IMG/VR virus record: IMGVR_UViG_2541047866_000012
Length of the DNA stretch: 44,933 bases
DNA from: a virus
Lineage: Duplodnaviria > Heunggongvirae > Uroviricota > Caudoviricetes
Direction: 5' to 3' (one strand)
This document shows, piece by piece, positions 28,278 to 38,698 of this stretch. The notes under the pieces are model-generated. The model ran no database searches, was not told the origin of the DNA, and saw only the letters and a program-made list of their open reading frames with translations. Both the position numbers and the translations under genes were made by a program. Within the stretch, counting starts at the first letter, position 1. Every line of letters begins with the position of its first letter.

Positions 28278-29021
28278 ATGACCACACCAAATCCACTGGC
28301 AAAGACGAAAGGTGCGGGGACGACGTTCTGGATGTATACCGGCAACGGCGACGCATTTGCGAACCCTTTGTCGGACACTGACTGGCTGCGTCTTGCGATG
28401 GTGAAGGATCTGCAACCTGGCGAAATGACCGCTGATGCAGAAGATGATACTTATCTCGATGATGAAGATGCAGACTGGAAAACGACAACCCAGGGGCAGA
28501 AATCCGTTGGTGATACTTCGGCGACGCTGGCCTGGCGTCCGGGTGACAGCGGGCAGAAAAAACTGGTTCAGTTGTTCGACTCCGGTGAAGTCTGCGCGTT
28601 TCGTATCAAATATCCCAACGGTACTGTTGATGTTTTCCGTGGCTGGCTGAGTTCACTGGGTAAAACCATTGCCTCAAAAGACGTGATGACCCGCACTGTG
28701 AAAATCAGCGGTGTGGGGCGTCCGTATCTGGCAGAGGAAGGCACTGAAATAGTGAGCGTTACCGGGCTGACGGTGGCACCGGCATCTGCCAGTGTAAAAG
28801 TGGGAGCAACCACCACGCTGACCTTTACAGTAAAACCTGACGGAGCCAGTGACAAAGCGATCAGTGTGCATTCGTCAGATCCACAGACTGCCACGGTGAC
28901 CCTGAACGGGCTTGTAGCCACGGTGAAAGGCGTGAAGCAGGGCAGTGTCAGCATTGTGGGCATGACCGCTGACGGGAATTTTGTGGCTGTGGTTGCGGTG
29001 ACTGTCAGCGCCGCAGGTTAA
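28278..29021 (+). CDS. Major tail protein V with C-terminal Ig-like (Big_2) domain
   Basis: 247 aa; AGGAGG RBS; C-terminal Ig-like segment. Confidence 0.92.
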   Translation: MTTPNPLAKTKGAGTTFWMYTGNGDAFANPLSDTDWLRLAMVKDLQPGEMTADAEDDTYLDDEDADWKTTTQGQKSVGDTSATLAWRPGDSGQKKLVQLFDSGEVCAFRIKYPNGTVDVFRGWLSSLGKTIASKDVMTRTVKISGVGRPYLAEEGTEIVSVTGLTVAPASASVKVGATTTLTFTVKPDGASDKAISVHSSDPQTATVTLNGLVATVKGVKQGSVSIVGMTADGNFVAVVAVTVSAAG

Positions 29022-29041
29022 CAGGACGATACTCATCATTT

Positions 29042-29065
29042 GCCCCGGTTATCCGGGGCTTTTTT
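29042..29065 (+). terminator. Intrinsic terminator / attenuator after major tail gene
   Basis: Hairpin GCCCCGG-TTAT-CCGGGGC followed by TTTTTT, 20 bp after V stop. Confidence 0.6.
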
Positions 29066-29078
29066 GCAGGTGGAGAAC

Positions 29079-29468
29079 ATGATGTTTCTGAAACAGGGCA
29101 CGTTTAATTATGAAAAACAGTCCGTGGTGCTCAGTGAGCTGTCCGGGCTGCAGAGAATTGAATATCTGGCGTTTGTTCAGCAGCGAACGGCAAAGTTTGA
29201 TGCCGGTGAGGGAGAACTGCCGGAGGCTGAACGACAGATTGCTTTTCTGCGGATGGGGATGGATATCAATGCCTGGCTGGTTTCCCGCTCACTGTGGAAT
29301 GCGGATCAGTCTAAGGATGTAGAGACGCTTTGCGCATCCGTTATTACAACATGGTCGTATGATGCCCTGGGTGCGGGGGCGGAGATGGTTCTGTCGCTGA
29401 GCGGTATGGGGGCCATTGATAATGCCGGGGATGATGAGCATGAGGCGCTGACGCCGGAAAAGTCCTGA
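29079..29468 (+). CDS. Tail assembly chaperone G
   Basis: About 129 aa; GGAG RBS; position between V and tape measure; acidic C-terminus. Confidence 0.85.
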   Translation: MMFLKQGTFNYEKQSVVLSELSGLQRIEYLAFVQQRTAKFDAGEGELPEAERQIAFLRMGMDINAWLVSRSLWNADQSKDVETLCASVITTWSYDALGAGAEMVLSLSGMGAIDNAGDDEHEALTPEKS

Positions 29469-29806
29469 CGCGGGAAATGCAGTTTGTCATGCGGCTTGCC
29501 CGGGAGTTCCGGCGGGCAGACTGGCGGCGGATGCTGTCGGAAATGTCGGCCACTGAGCTTGGTGAGTGGGGTGATTATTTCCGGATGCAGAGCTTCAGTG
29601 ATGTGTGGATGGATGCGCAGTTTGCCTCGCTGAAGGCATTGATCGTGAGAATGGTGTCCGGCAGCAGTGATGCTGCGGTGGCTGATTTCAGCCTTTTACC
29701 GGAAGAGAACGGGATACCGGAGCGAACGGACGAAGAACTGATGCATCTTGGGGAAGGTATTTCCGGAGGTGTGCGTTATGGACCAGATAGCCAACCTGGT
29801 CATTGA
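29079..29806 (+). CDS. Tail assembly chaperone G-T fusion (predicted -1 programmed frameshift near 29456-29462)
   Basis: Downstream ORF is in the -1 frame relative to G and open from 29444; overlap window 29444-29466 contains GGAAAAG (lambda uses GGGAAAG). Confidence 0.65.
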
Positions 29807-32800
29807 TTTGGGGATTGATGCGGCAGAGTTTAAAAATGAAATCCCCCGTATCAAAAACCTTCTGAATGGTGCAGCCAGCGATGCAGAACGGTCTTCTGCC
29901 CGTATGCAGCGTTTTATGGAGCGTCAGACTCAGGCCGCCCGGCAGACAACGCAGGCGGCGTCTTCGGCTGCAACAGCCGCATCCGTCCATGCGCAGACGG
30001 TGGAGAAGAACGCACAGGCTCATGAACGCATGGCCCGCGAGGTGGAGAAAACCCGCCAGCGCATGGAGGCGCTGAGCCAGAAAATGCGCGAGGAACAGGC
30101 GCAGGCCATGGCTCTGGCGGAGGCTCAGGATAAAGCGGCTGCTGCGTTTTATCGTCAGATTGACAGTGTGAAACAGGCCAGTGCGGGTCTGCAGGAATTA
30201 CAGCGTATTCAGCAGCAGATCCGACAGGCCAGAAACAGTGGCGGGATTGGTCAGCAGGATTATCTGGCGCTGATTTCTGAGGTTACGGCGAAAACCCGTG
30301 TTCTTACACAGGCTGAGGAAGAGGCTACCCGACAGAAAGTGGCGTTTATCCGTCAGCTTAAAGAGCAGGCAACCCGCCAGAATCTTTCATCTTCTGAGTT
30401 GCTTCGTGCTAAGGCTGCCCAGCTGGGGGTAAGCAGTGCTGCAGAAGTGTATATCCGCAAAATGGAGCAGGCAGGAAAAGCCACGCATTCGCTGGGTCTG
30501 AAAAGTGCAGCGGCCCGCCAGGAGATAGGCGTTCTGATAGGTGAACTGGCCCGCGGCAATTTAGGGGCGCTGAGGGGATCCGGGATAACGCTGGCTAACC
30601 GTGCCGGATGGATAGACACACTGATGTCACCGAAAGGCATGATGCTGGGCGGGGTTATTGGCGGTATTGCCGCAGCTGTCTATGGTCTGGGTAAAGCCTG
30701 GTATGACGGTCAGAAGGAGGGGGAAGAATTTAACCGCCAGCTGTCGCTGACGGGGCATTATGCCGGAGTCACTGCCGGGCAGCTGTGGACGCTCAGTCGT
30801 GCTATTTCCGGGAATGGTATCACGCAACATGCTGCAGCCGGTGCGCTGGCTCAGGTGGTGGGGAGTGGTGCATTTCGTGGAAACGATATTGGTATGGTGG
30901 CGAGAGCTGCCGCACAGATGGAGCGATCGGTTGGCCAGTCGGTCAGCGATACCATAAGTCAGTTTAAGCGGCTGAAGGATGATCCTGTAAATGCCGCGAA
31001 GGCTCTGGACAATGAGCTGCATTTTCTTGCTGCCACTCAGCTTGAGCAGATACGCGTCCTTGGGGAACAGGGGCGGTCCAGTGATGCGGCACGGATAGCC
31101 ATGTCTGCACTGGCAGAGGAAACCGGTCGGCGTACTGCGGATATTGATAATAACCTCAATGCGCTGGGCAGTACGCTGAAGTATCTGTCTGATTTATGGA
31201 GTCGTTTCTGGGATGCGGCCATGAATATTGGTCGTGAAGACTCGCTGGATGAACAGATTTCCGCTTTACAGGAGAAAGTGTCGCGGGCGAAAAGACTCCC
31301 CTGGACGGCATCATCTTCTCAGGTTGAGTACGATCAGCAGCGTCTTAACGAGCTTCAGGAAAAAAAACGCCAGAAGGATTTGCAGGATGCAAAAGAGCAG
31401 GCAGAGCGGAATTATCAGGAGCAACAGAAACGCCGTAATGCTGAAAATGCTGCACTGAACCGGATGAATGAAACGGAAGCAGCACGACATCAGCGTGAAA
31501 TTGCGCGTATTAATGCCATGCAGTACGCCGATCAGACTGTCAGGGATGCGGCGATACAACGTGAAAATGAACGTTACGAGAAAGCCCTGGCATCCGGTAA
31601 GAAAAAAACACGCGAAACCCGTAATGATGAGGCCACCCGGTTATTGCTGCAGTACAGTCAGCAACAGGCACAGGTGGAAGGACAGATTGCTGCTGCCAGA
31701 CAGTCAGCAGGCATTGCCACGGAAAGGATGACAGAAGCGCATAAACAGCTTCTGGCTCTGCAGCAGCGCATCAGCGACCTGGACGGGAAAAAACTGACGG
31801 AAGATGAAAAGAGTGTGCTGGCCCGTAAAGATGAACTGATTCAGGCACTGACGCTGCTGGATGTAAAACAGCAGGAGCTTCAGAAACAGACGGCACTCAA
31901 CGAGCTGAAGAAAAAAACAATTCAGCTGACCAGTCAACTGGCTGAAGAAGAGCGTGCTCAGCGTCAACAACATAATCTGGATATCGCCACGGTGGGTATG
32001 GGTGATCAGCAGCGGCAGCGATATCAGGTACAACTGAGTCTTCGTCAGAAATACCAGCAACAGCTGGAGCAGTTGAGGCGGGATAGTGAGCAGAAAGGGA
32101 CATATAACACGGATGACTACAGAAAGGCCGAGCAGGCGCTGACGGAGAGCCTGAACCGACAACTGAATGAGAATCGCCGTTACTGGCAACAGCTTGAAAT
32201 TGCTCAGGGTAACTGGAAAAACGGAGTCCTGCGTGCACTCCAGAATGTCACTGAGAATGCGGATAACACAGCCTGGACAGTGGAACAGTTGTTCACGTCT
32301 GCGTTCAGTAGCATGAGTGACTGGCTGGCGACATTCTGTACTACAGGCAAACTCAATTTCAAATCTTTTACTTCTTCTGTGCTGTCAGATATGTCCAGAA
32401 TCATGGCTCAGATAGCTTTAATGAAAGCGGTAAAAGGCATTGCTTCCGCGCTGCCTTTTGATTTTGTAGCCAATGCTGATGGCGGTGTTTATCAGTCGGC
32501 TGATTTGAGTCGCTACAGTGGCACGGTGGTTAACCGTCCGACGTTTTTTGCTTTTGCAAAAGGCGCGGGTGTGATGGGGGAAGCGGGACCTGAAGCCATT
32601 CTGCCACTGCGTCGTGGTGCTGACGGTAAGCTGGGGGTTGTGGCGGATATTGGTGGTTCAGGTATGGCGATGTTTGCCCCGCAGTACAACATTGAGATCA
32701 ATAACGATGGCACGAACGGGCAGATAGGTCCGGCTGCCCTGAAGGTGGTTTATGACCTTGGGAAAAAAGCGGCAGCGGACTTTATGCAACAGCAGGCCCG

Positions 32801-32834
32801 TGATGGTGGTCGGTTAAGTGGAGCATATCGGTAA
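29778..32834 (+). CDS. Tail tape measure protein (lambda H-like)
   Basis: 1018 aa from ATG 29778 (MDQIANLVIDLGIDAAEF... like lambda H MAEPVGDLVVDLSLDAARF...); C-terminus matches lambda H end incl. NNDGTNGQIGPAALK. Confidence 0.95.
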   Translation: MDQIANLVIDLGIDAAEFKNEIPRIKNLLNGAASDAERSSARMQRFMERQTQAARQTTQAASSAATAASVHAQTVEKNAQAHERMAREVEKTRQRMEALSQKMREEQAQAMALAEAQDKAAAAFYRQIDSVKQASAGLQELQRIQQQIRQARNSGGIGQQDYLALISEVTAKTRVLTQAEEEATRQKVAFIRQLKEQATRQNLSSSELLRAKAAQLGVSSAAEVYIRKMEQAGKATHSLGLKSAAARQEIGVLIGELARGNLGALRGSGITLANRAGWIDTLMSPKGMMLGGVIGGIAAAVYGLGKAWYDGQKEGEEFNRQLSLTGHYAGVTAGQLWTLSRAISGNGITQHAAAGALAQVVGSGAFRGNDIGMVARAAAQMERSVGQSVSDTISQFKRLKDDPVNAAKALDNELHFLAATQLEQIRVLGEQGRSSDAARIAMSALAEETGRRTADIDNNLNALGSTLKYLSDLWSRFWDAAMNIGREDSLDEQISALQEKVSRAKRLPWTASSSQVEYDQQRLNELQEKKRQKDLQDAKEQAERNYQEQQKRRNAENAALNRMNETEAARHQREIARINAMQYADQTVRDAAIQRENERYEKALASGKKKTRETRNDEATRLLLQYSQQQAQVEGQIAAARQSAGIATERMTEAHKQLLALQQRISDLDGKKLTEDEKSVLARKDELIQALTLLDVKQQELQKQTALNELKKKTIQLTSQLAEEERAQRQQHNLDIATVGMGDQQRQRYQVQLSLRQKYQQQLEQLRRDSEQKGTYNTDDYRKAEQALTESLNRQLNENRRYWQQLEIAQGNWKNGVLRALQNVTENADNTAWTVEQLFTSAFSSMSDWLATFCTTGKLNFKSFTSSVLSDMSRIMAQIALMKAVKGIASALPFDFVANADGGVYQSADLSRYSGTVVNRPTFFAFAKGAGVMGEAGPEAILPLRRGADGKLGVVADIGGSGMAMFAPQYNIEINNDGTNGQIGPAALKVVYDLGKKAAADFMQQQARDGGRLSGAYR

Positions 32835-33163
32835 TGGAGACGTTTCACTGGAAAGTGCGCCCGGATATGAATGTGGTATCAGAGCCGAAAGTGGTGACAG
32901 TGAAGCTGGGCGATGGTTATGAACAGCGTCGTGCGGCGGGACTGAATAACCAGTTGTCGACTTACAGCGTGACGATACGTGTTCGTAAATGTGAACACCC
33001 ATCTTTAAAAGCCTTTCTGGAACGGCACGGTGGCGTCCGCGCATTTCAGTGGACGCCACCTTATGACTGGAAACCGATTAGGGTGGTTTGTCGTAAATGG
33101 TCGGCAAGCGTGGGGGCGCTGTGGGTAACCATAACGGCAGATTTTGAACAGGTCGTGGCATAG
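32834..33163 (+). CDS. Minor tail protein M
   Basis: 109 aa; closely matches recalled lambda gpM (METFHWKVRPDM.../...EFEQVV). Confidence 0.93.
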   Translation: METFHWKVRPDMNVVSEPKVVTVKLGDGYEQRRAAGLNNQLSTYSVTIRVRKCEHPSLKAFLERHGGVRAFQWTPPYDWKPIRVVCRKWSASVGALWVTITADFEQVVA

Positions 33164-33172
33164 GAGGCTCTG

Positions 33173-33871
33173 ATGCAGGATATTCCACAGGAAACACATC
33201 ATGAGACGACACGCCTCACTCAGTCAGCCCAGGTGGTGCTCTGGGAAATCGATCTGACAGAGGTCGGTGGTGAACGTTATTTTTTCTGTAATGAGCAGAA
33301 CGAAAAAGGTGAGCCGGTTACCTGGCAGGGGCGGCAGTATCAGGCATACCCCATTCAGGGGACAGGATTTGAACTGAACGGCAAGGGCAGTGCTGCCCGT
33401 CCGACACTGACGGTTTCTAACCTGCACGGCATGGTCACGGGGATGGCGGAAGACCTGCAGAGTCTGGTCGGCGGAACGGTGGTCAGGCGTAAGGTTTACG
33501 CCCGTTTTCTGGATGCGGTGAACTTCGTCAACGGAAACAGCGACGCCGATCCGGAGCAGGAGGTGATCAGCCGCTGGCGCATCGAGCAGTGCAGCGAACT
33601 GAGTGCGGTCAGTGCCTCCTTTGTGTTGTCCACACCGACGGAAACGGATGGTGCTGTTTTTCCGGGGCGTATCATGCTGGCCAACACCTGCACCTGGACC
33701 TATCGCGGTGATGAGTGTGGTTATCACGGTCCGGCTGTCGCGGATGAATATGACCAGCCGACAACCGATATCACGAAGGATAAATGCAGCAAATGCCTGA
33801 GCGGTTGTAAGTTTCGCAATAACGTCGGCAACTTTGGCGGCTTCCTTTCCATTAACAAACTTTCGCAGTAA
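33173..33871 (+). CDS. Minor tail protein L
   Basis: 232 aa; lambda gpL-like incl. C-terminal Cys cluster (CSKCLSGCKFRNN). Confidence 0.93.
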   Translation: MQDIPQETHHETTRLTQSAQVVLWEIDLTEVGGERYFFCNEQNEKGEPVTWQGRQYQAYPIQGTGFELNGKGSAARPTLTVSNLHGMVTGMAEDLQSLVGGTVVRRKVYARFLDAVNFVNGNSDADPEQEVISRWRIEQCSELSAVSASFVLSTPTETDGAVFPGRIMLANTCTWTYRGDECGYHGPAVADEYDQPTTDITKDKCSKCLSGCKFRNNVGNFGGFLSINKLSQ

Positions 33872-33875
33872 ACCC

Positions 33876-34619
33876 ATGACAGAGACAGAATCAGCGATTC
33901 TGGCGCACGCCCGGCGATGTGCGCCAGCGGAGTCGTGCGGCTTCGTGGTGAGAACGCCGGAGGGGGAAAGATATTTTCCCTGCGTGAATATTTCCGGTGA
34001 GCCGGAGGGGTATTTCCGGATGGCTCCGGAGGACTGGCTGCAGGCAGAGATGCAGGGTGAGATTGTGGCGCTGGTTCACAGCCACCCCGGTGGTCTGCCC
34101 TGGCTGAGTGAGGCCGACCGGCGGTTGCAGGTGCAGAGTGATTTGCCGTGGTGGCTGGTCTGCCGCGGGGCGATTCATAAGTTCCGCTGTGTGCCGCATC
34201 TCACCGGGCGGCGCTTTGAGCACGGGGTGACGGACTGTTACACGCTGTTCCGGGACGCTTACCATCTGGCGGGGATTGAGATGCCGGATTTTCATCGCGA
34301 GGATGACTGGTGGCGTAACGGTCAGAATCTCTATCTGGATAATCTGGAGGCCACAGGGCTGTATCAGGTGCCGTTGTCAGCGGCGCAGCCGGGCGATGTG
34401 CTGCTGTGCTGCTTTGGTTCATCGGTGCCGAATCATGCCGCCATTTACTGCGGCGACGGCGAGCTGTTGCACCATATTCCTGAACAACTGAGCAAACGAG
34501 AGAGGTATACCGACAAATGGCAGCGACGCACACACTCCCTCTGGCGTCACCGGGCATGGCACGCATCTGCCTTTACGGGGATTTACAACGATTTGGCCGC
34601 CGCATCGACCTTCGTGTGA
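33876..34619 (+). CDS. Tail assembly protein K (JAB/MPN + NlpC/P60-like)
   Basis: Start at MTETESAIL (ATG 33876); JAMM-like ALVHSHPGG; NlpC/P60-like Cys/His region. Confidence 0.93.
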   Translation: MTETESAILAHARRCAPAESCGFVVRTPEGERYFPCVNISGEPEGYFRMAPEDWLQAEMQGEIVALVHSHPGGLPWLSEADRRLQVQSDLPWWLVCRGAIHKFRCVPHLTGRRFEHGVTDCYTLFRDAYHLAGIEMPDFHREDDWWRNGQNLYLDNLEATGLYQVPLSAAQPGDVLLCCFGSSVPNHAAIYCGDGELLHHIPEQLSKRERYTDKWQRRTHSLWRHRAWHASAFTGIYNDLAAASTFV

Positions 34620-35164
34620 AAACGGGGGCCGAAGCCATCCGGGCGCTGGCCACGCAGCTTCCGTCGTTTCGCCAGAAACTGAATGAGGGCTGGTATCAGG
34701 TGCGCATTGCCGGGCGTGATGCAGGCGAAAATGAATTATCTGCCCGTCTTAATGAGCCGCTGGCAAATGGTGCCGTGATCCACATTGTGCCGCGTCTGGC
34801 GGGAGCTAAAAGTGGCGGTGTTTTTCAGGCAGTGCTGGGTGCGGCGCTGATTGCGGTGGCATGGTGGAACCCTGTGGGCTGGCTGGGTGCCGCGGCTGTA
34901 TCGGGCATGTATGCGGCAGGGGCCAGTATGATCCTGGGCGGTGTGGCTCAGATGCTGGCACCGAAAGCCAGAACTCCCCGCACACAGACAACGGATAACG
35001 GTAAGCAGAACACCTATTTCTCCTCACTGGATAACATGGTTGCCCAGGGCAATGTTATGCCTGTTCTGTATGGTGAAATGCGCGTGGGGTCACGTGTGGT
35101 ATCTCAGGAGATCAGCACGGCAGATGAAGGGGACGGTGGTCAGGTTGTGGTGATTGGTCGATGA
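34517..35164 (+). CDS. Tail assembly protein I
   Basis: 215 aa; near-identical to recalled lambda gpI (MAATHTLPLASPGMARICLYGDLQRFGRRIDL...). Confidence 0.93.
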   Translation: MAATHTLPLASPGMARICLYGDLQRFGRRIDLRVKTGAEAIRALATQLPSFRQKLNEGWYQVRIAGRDAGENELSARLNEPLANGAVIHIVPRLAGAKSGGVFQAVLGAALIAVAWWNPVGWLGAAAVSGMYAAGASMILGGVAQMLAPKARTPRTQTTDNGKQNTYFSSLDNMVAQGNVMPVLYGEMRVGSRVVSQEISTADEGDGGQVVVIGR

Positions 35165-35224
35165 TGCAAAATGTTTTATGTGAAACCGCCTGCGGGCGGT
35201 TTTGTCGTTTATGGAGCATGACGA

Positions 35225-38200
35225 ATGGGTAAAGGCAGCAGTAAGGGACATACCCCGCGCGAAGCAAAGGACAATCTGAAGTCCACGCAGTTGCTGAGTG
35301 TGATCGATGCCATCAGCGAAGGGCCGATTGAAGGTCCGGTGGATGGATTAAAAAGCGTGCTGCTGAACAGTACGCCGGTGCTGGACAGTGAGGGGAATAC
35401 CAACATCTCCGGTGTCACGGTGGTGTTCCGGGCAGGTGAGCAGGAACAGACACCGCCGGAGGGATTTGAATCCTCCGGATCCGAGACGGTGCTGGGTACG
35501 GAAGTGAAATACGACACGCCGATCACCCGGACCATCACGTCTGCAAACATCGACCGTCTGCGCTTTACCTTCGGTGTGCAGGCACTGGTGGAAACCACCT
35601 CAAAGGGGGACCGGAATCCGTCGGAAGTCCGCCTGCTGGTTCAGATACAGCGTAATGGTGGCTGGGTGACGGAAAAAGACATCACCATTAAGGGCAAAAC
35701 CACCTCGCAGTATCTGGCCTCGGTGGTGGTGGATAACCTGCCGCCGCGCCCGTTTAATATCCGGATGCGCAGAATGACGCCGGACAGCACCACAGACCAG
35801 CTGCAGAACAAAACGCTCTGGTCGTCATACACCGAAATCATCGATGTGAAACAGTGCTACCCGAACACGGCACTGGTCGGCGTGCAGGTGGATTCGGAGC
35901 AGTTCGGCAGCCAGCAGGTGAGCCGTAATTATCATCTGCGCGGGCGTATTCTGCAGGTGCCGTCGAATTATAACCCGCAGACGCGGCAATACAGCGGTAT
36001 CTGGGACGGAACGTTTAAACCGGCATACAGCAACAACATGGCCTGGTGTCTGTGGGATATGCTGACCCATCCGCGCTACGGCATGGGGAAACGTCTTGGT
36101 GCGGCGGATGTGGATAAATGGGCGCTGTATGTCATCGGCCAGAATTGCGACCAGTCGGTGCCGGATGGCTTTGGTGGCACGGAGCCGCGCATCACCTGTA
36201 ACGCTTACCTGACCACGCAGCGTAAGGCGTGGGATGTTCTCAGCGATTTCTGCTCGGCGATGCGCTGTATGCCGGTATGGAACGGGCAGACGCTGACGTT
36301 CGTGCAGGACCGACCGTCGGATAAGGTGTGGACCTATAACCGCAGTAATGTGGTGATGCCGGATGATGGCGCGCCGTTCCGCTACAGCTTCAGCGCCCTG
36401 AAGGACCGCCATAATGCCGTTGAGGTGAACTGGATTGACCCGGATAACGGCTGGGAGACGGCGACAGAGCTTGTGGAGGACACGCAGGCCATTGCCCGTT
36501 ACGGTCGTAACGTCACGAAGATGGATGCCTTTGGCTGTACCAGTCGGGGGCAGGCACACCGCGCCGGGCTGTGGCTGATTAAAACGGAACTGCTGGAAAC
36601 GCAGACCGTGGATTTCAGCGTCGGCGCAGAAGGGCTTCGCCATGTACCGGGCGATGTTATTGAAATCTGTGATGATGACTATGCCGGTATCAGCACCGGT
36701 GGTCGTGTGCTGGCGGTGAACAGCCAGACCCGGAAGCTGACGCTCGACCGTGAAATCACGCTGCCATCCTCCGGTACCACGCTGATAAGCCTGGTTGACG
36801 GAAGTGGCAATCCGGTCAGCGTGGAGGTCCAGTCCGTCACCGACGGCGTGAAGGTGAAAGTGAGCCGGGTTCCTGACGGCGTTGCCGAGTACAGCGTGTG
36901 GGGGCTGAAGCTGCCGACGCTGCGCCAGCGCCTGTTCCGCTGTGTGAGTATCCGTGAGAACGATGACGGCACGTATGCCATCACTGCCGTGCAGCATGTA
37001 CCGGAAAAAGAGGCCATCGTGGATAACGGGGCGCACTTTGACGGCGACCAGAGCGGCACGGTGAATGGTGTCACGCCGCCAGCGGTGCAGCACCTGACTG
37101 CCGAAGTCACCGCAGACAGCGGGGAATATCAGGTGCTGGCGCGCTGGGACACGCCGAAGGTGGTGAAGGGGGTGAGCTTTATGCTTCGCCTGACCGTGGC
37201 AGCGGATGACGGCAGTGAGCGGCTGGTCAGCACGGCCCGGACGACGGAAACCACATACCGCTTCACGCAACTGGCGCTGGGGCGGTACACGCTGACAGTC
37301 CGGGCGGTAAATGCGTGGGGACAGCAGGGCGATCCGGCGTCGGTATCGTTCCGGATTGCCGCACCGGCAGCACCGTCGAGGATTGAGCTGACGCCGGGCT
37401 ATTTTCAGATAACCGCCACGCCGCATCTTGCCGTTTATGACCCGACGGTACAGTTTGAGTTCTGGTTCTCGGAAAAGCGGATTACCGATATCAGGCAGGT
37501 TGAAACCACAGCCCGCTATCTTGGTACGGCGCTGTACTGGATAGCCGCCAGTATCAATATCAAACCGGGCCATGATTATTACTTTTATATCCGCAGTGTG
37601 AACACCGTTGGCAAATCGGCATTCGTGGAGGCCGTCGGTCGGGCGAGCGATGATGCGGAAGGTTACCTGGATTTTTTCAAAGGCAAGATAACCGAATCCC
37701 ATCTCGGCAAGGAGCTGCTGGAAAAAGTCGAGCTGACGGAGGATAACGCCAGCAGACTGGAGGAGTTTTCGAAAGAGTGGAAGGACGCCAACGATAAATG
37801 GAATGCCATGTGGGGCGTCAAAATTGAGCAGACCAAAGACGGCAAACATTATGTCGCGGGGCTTGGCCTCAGCATGGAGGATACGGAGGAAGGCAAACTG
37901 AGCCAGTTCCTGGTTGCCGCTAACCGTATCGCGTTTATTGACCCGGCAAACGGGAATGAAACGCCGATGTTTGTGGCGCAGGGCAACCAGATATTCATGA
38001 ACGAAGTGTTCCTGAAGTATCTGACGGCTCCCACCATTACCAGCGGCGGTAATCCTCCGGCATTTTCCCTGACACCGGACGGGCGGCTGACGGCGAGAAA
38101 TGCTGATATCAGCGGTAACGTGAATGCGAACTCCGGGACGCTCAATAATGTCACGGTAAATGAAAACTGTACGATTAAGGGCATGCTGGAGGCGAACCAG

Positions 38201-38638
38201 GTCAGAGGTGACTTCGTTAAAACTGTATCCAAATCATTCCCGAAAAAGGCTGGTACGTGGGGTAACACGGAAACACCAAACGGGACGGTTACAGTCACCA
38301 TTTACGATGATCATAACTTTGACCGCCAAATCATTATTCCGCCCATTATTTTTAACGGTGTGGCGTATGACGATCCGGGGAGCGGTAATAACCCGGGAGG
38401 TACGCGATACACGGGTTATGGTTTTGAAGTTCGCAAAAATGGCGTATTAATCGCATCCAGAGAAACTAAAGGAGCCATTCCCGGTAGTTACAGTGCGGTT
38501 ATTGATATGCCGAGTGGTGGTGGTAACGTCACTCTGGAGTTTAAGATTTTCCAGAAAGGCAATCAGGGCGCAGGAAACATCACAGACTGTACGGTGATTG
38601 TGACCAAAAAAGCTGCTTCCGGTATCAGTATCCGTTGA
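35225..38638 (+). CDS. Tail tip / host specificity protein J, divergent C-terminal receptor-binding domain
   Basis: 1137 aa; first about 980 residues near-identical to recalled lambda J; last about 150 residues (from about nt 38180) differ. Confidence 0.96.
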   Translation: MGKGSSKGHTPREAKDNLKSTQLLSVIDAISEGPIEGPVDGLKSVLLNSTPVLDSEGNTNISGVTVVFRAGEQEQTPPEGFESSGSETVLGTEVKYDTPITRTITSANIDRLRFTFGVQALVETTSKGDRNPSEVRLLVQIQRNGGWVTEKDITIKGKTTSQYLASVVVDNLPPRPFNIRMRRMTPDSTTDQLQNKTLWSSYTEIIDVKQCYPNTALVGVQVDSEQFGSQQVSRNYHLRGRILQVPSNYNPQTRQYSGIWDGTFKPAYSNNMAWCLWDMLTHPRYGMGKRLGAADVDKWALYVIGQNCDQSVPDGFGGTEPRITCNAYLTTQRKAWDVLSDFCSAMRCMPVWNGQTLTFVQDRPSDKVWTYNRSNVVMPDDGAPFRYSFSALKDRHNAVEVNWIDPDNGWETATELVEDTQAIARYGRNVTKMDAFGCTSRGQAHRAGLWLIKTELLETQTVDFSVGAEGLRHVPGDVIEICDDDYAGISTGGRVLAVNSQTRKLTLDREITLPSSGTTLISLVDGSGNPVSVEVQSVTDGVKVKVSRVPDGVAEYSVWGLKLPTLRQRLFRCVSIRENDDGTYAITAVQHVPEKEAIVDNGAHFDGDQSGTVNGVTPPAVQHLTAEVTADSGEYQVLARWDTPKVVKGVSFMLRLTVAADDGSERLVSTARTTETTYRFTQLALGRYTLTVRAVNAWGQQGDPASVSFRIAAPAAPSRIELTPGYFQITATPHLAVYDPTVQFEFWFSEKRITDIRQVETTARYLGTALYWIAASINIKPGHDYYFYIRSVNTVGKSAFVEAVGRASDDAEGYLDFFKGKITESHLGKELLEKVELTEDNASRLEEFSKEWKDANDKWNAMWGVKIEQTKDGKHYVAGLGLSMEDTEEGKLSQFLVAANRIAFIDPANGNETPMFVAQGNQIFMNEVFLKYLTAPTITSGGNPPAFSLTPDGRLTARNADISGNVNANSGTLNNVTVNENCTIKGMLEANQVRGDFVKTVSKSFPKKAGTWGNTETPNGTVTVTIYDDHNFDRQIIIPPIIFNGVAYDDPGSGNNPGGTRYTGYGFEVRKNGVLIASRETKGAIPGSYSAVIDMPSGGGNVTLEFKIFQKGNQGAGNITDCTVIVTKKAASGISIR

Positions 38639-38658
38639 AATATTTATAACCCCAATAC

Positions 38659-38684
38659 GGGCGCCAGCAATGGCGCCTTTTTTA
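38659..38684 (+). terminator. Intrinsic terminator after J
   Basis: Hairpin GGCGCC-AGCAAT-GGCGCC followed by TTTTTT. Confidence 0.65.
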
Positions 38685-38698
38685 TTTGTGGAGTGAGT

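Noticed and set aside
31704-32238. Minus-strand ORFs inside the tape measure gene
   Set aside because: Antisense to the tape measure gene, whose N- and C-termini match lambda H.
33224-33877. 217-aa minus-strand ORF
   Set aside because: Antisense to the lambda-like L gene.
35825-37849. 674-aa ORF on the minus strand
   Set aside because: Entirely antisense to J, which is lambda-like across this span; long antisense ORFs are expected in GC-rich coding DNA; no RBS or motif.
38639-38698. Expected lom gene between J and stf
   Set aside because: Only a 60-bp spacer with a terminator is present; lom is absent here, not a missed call.
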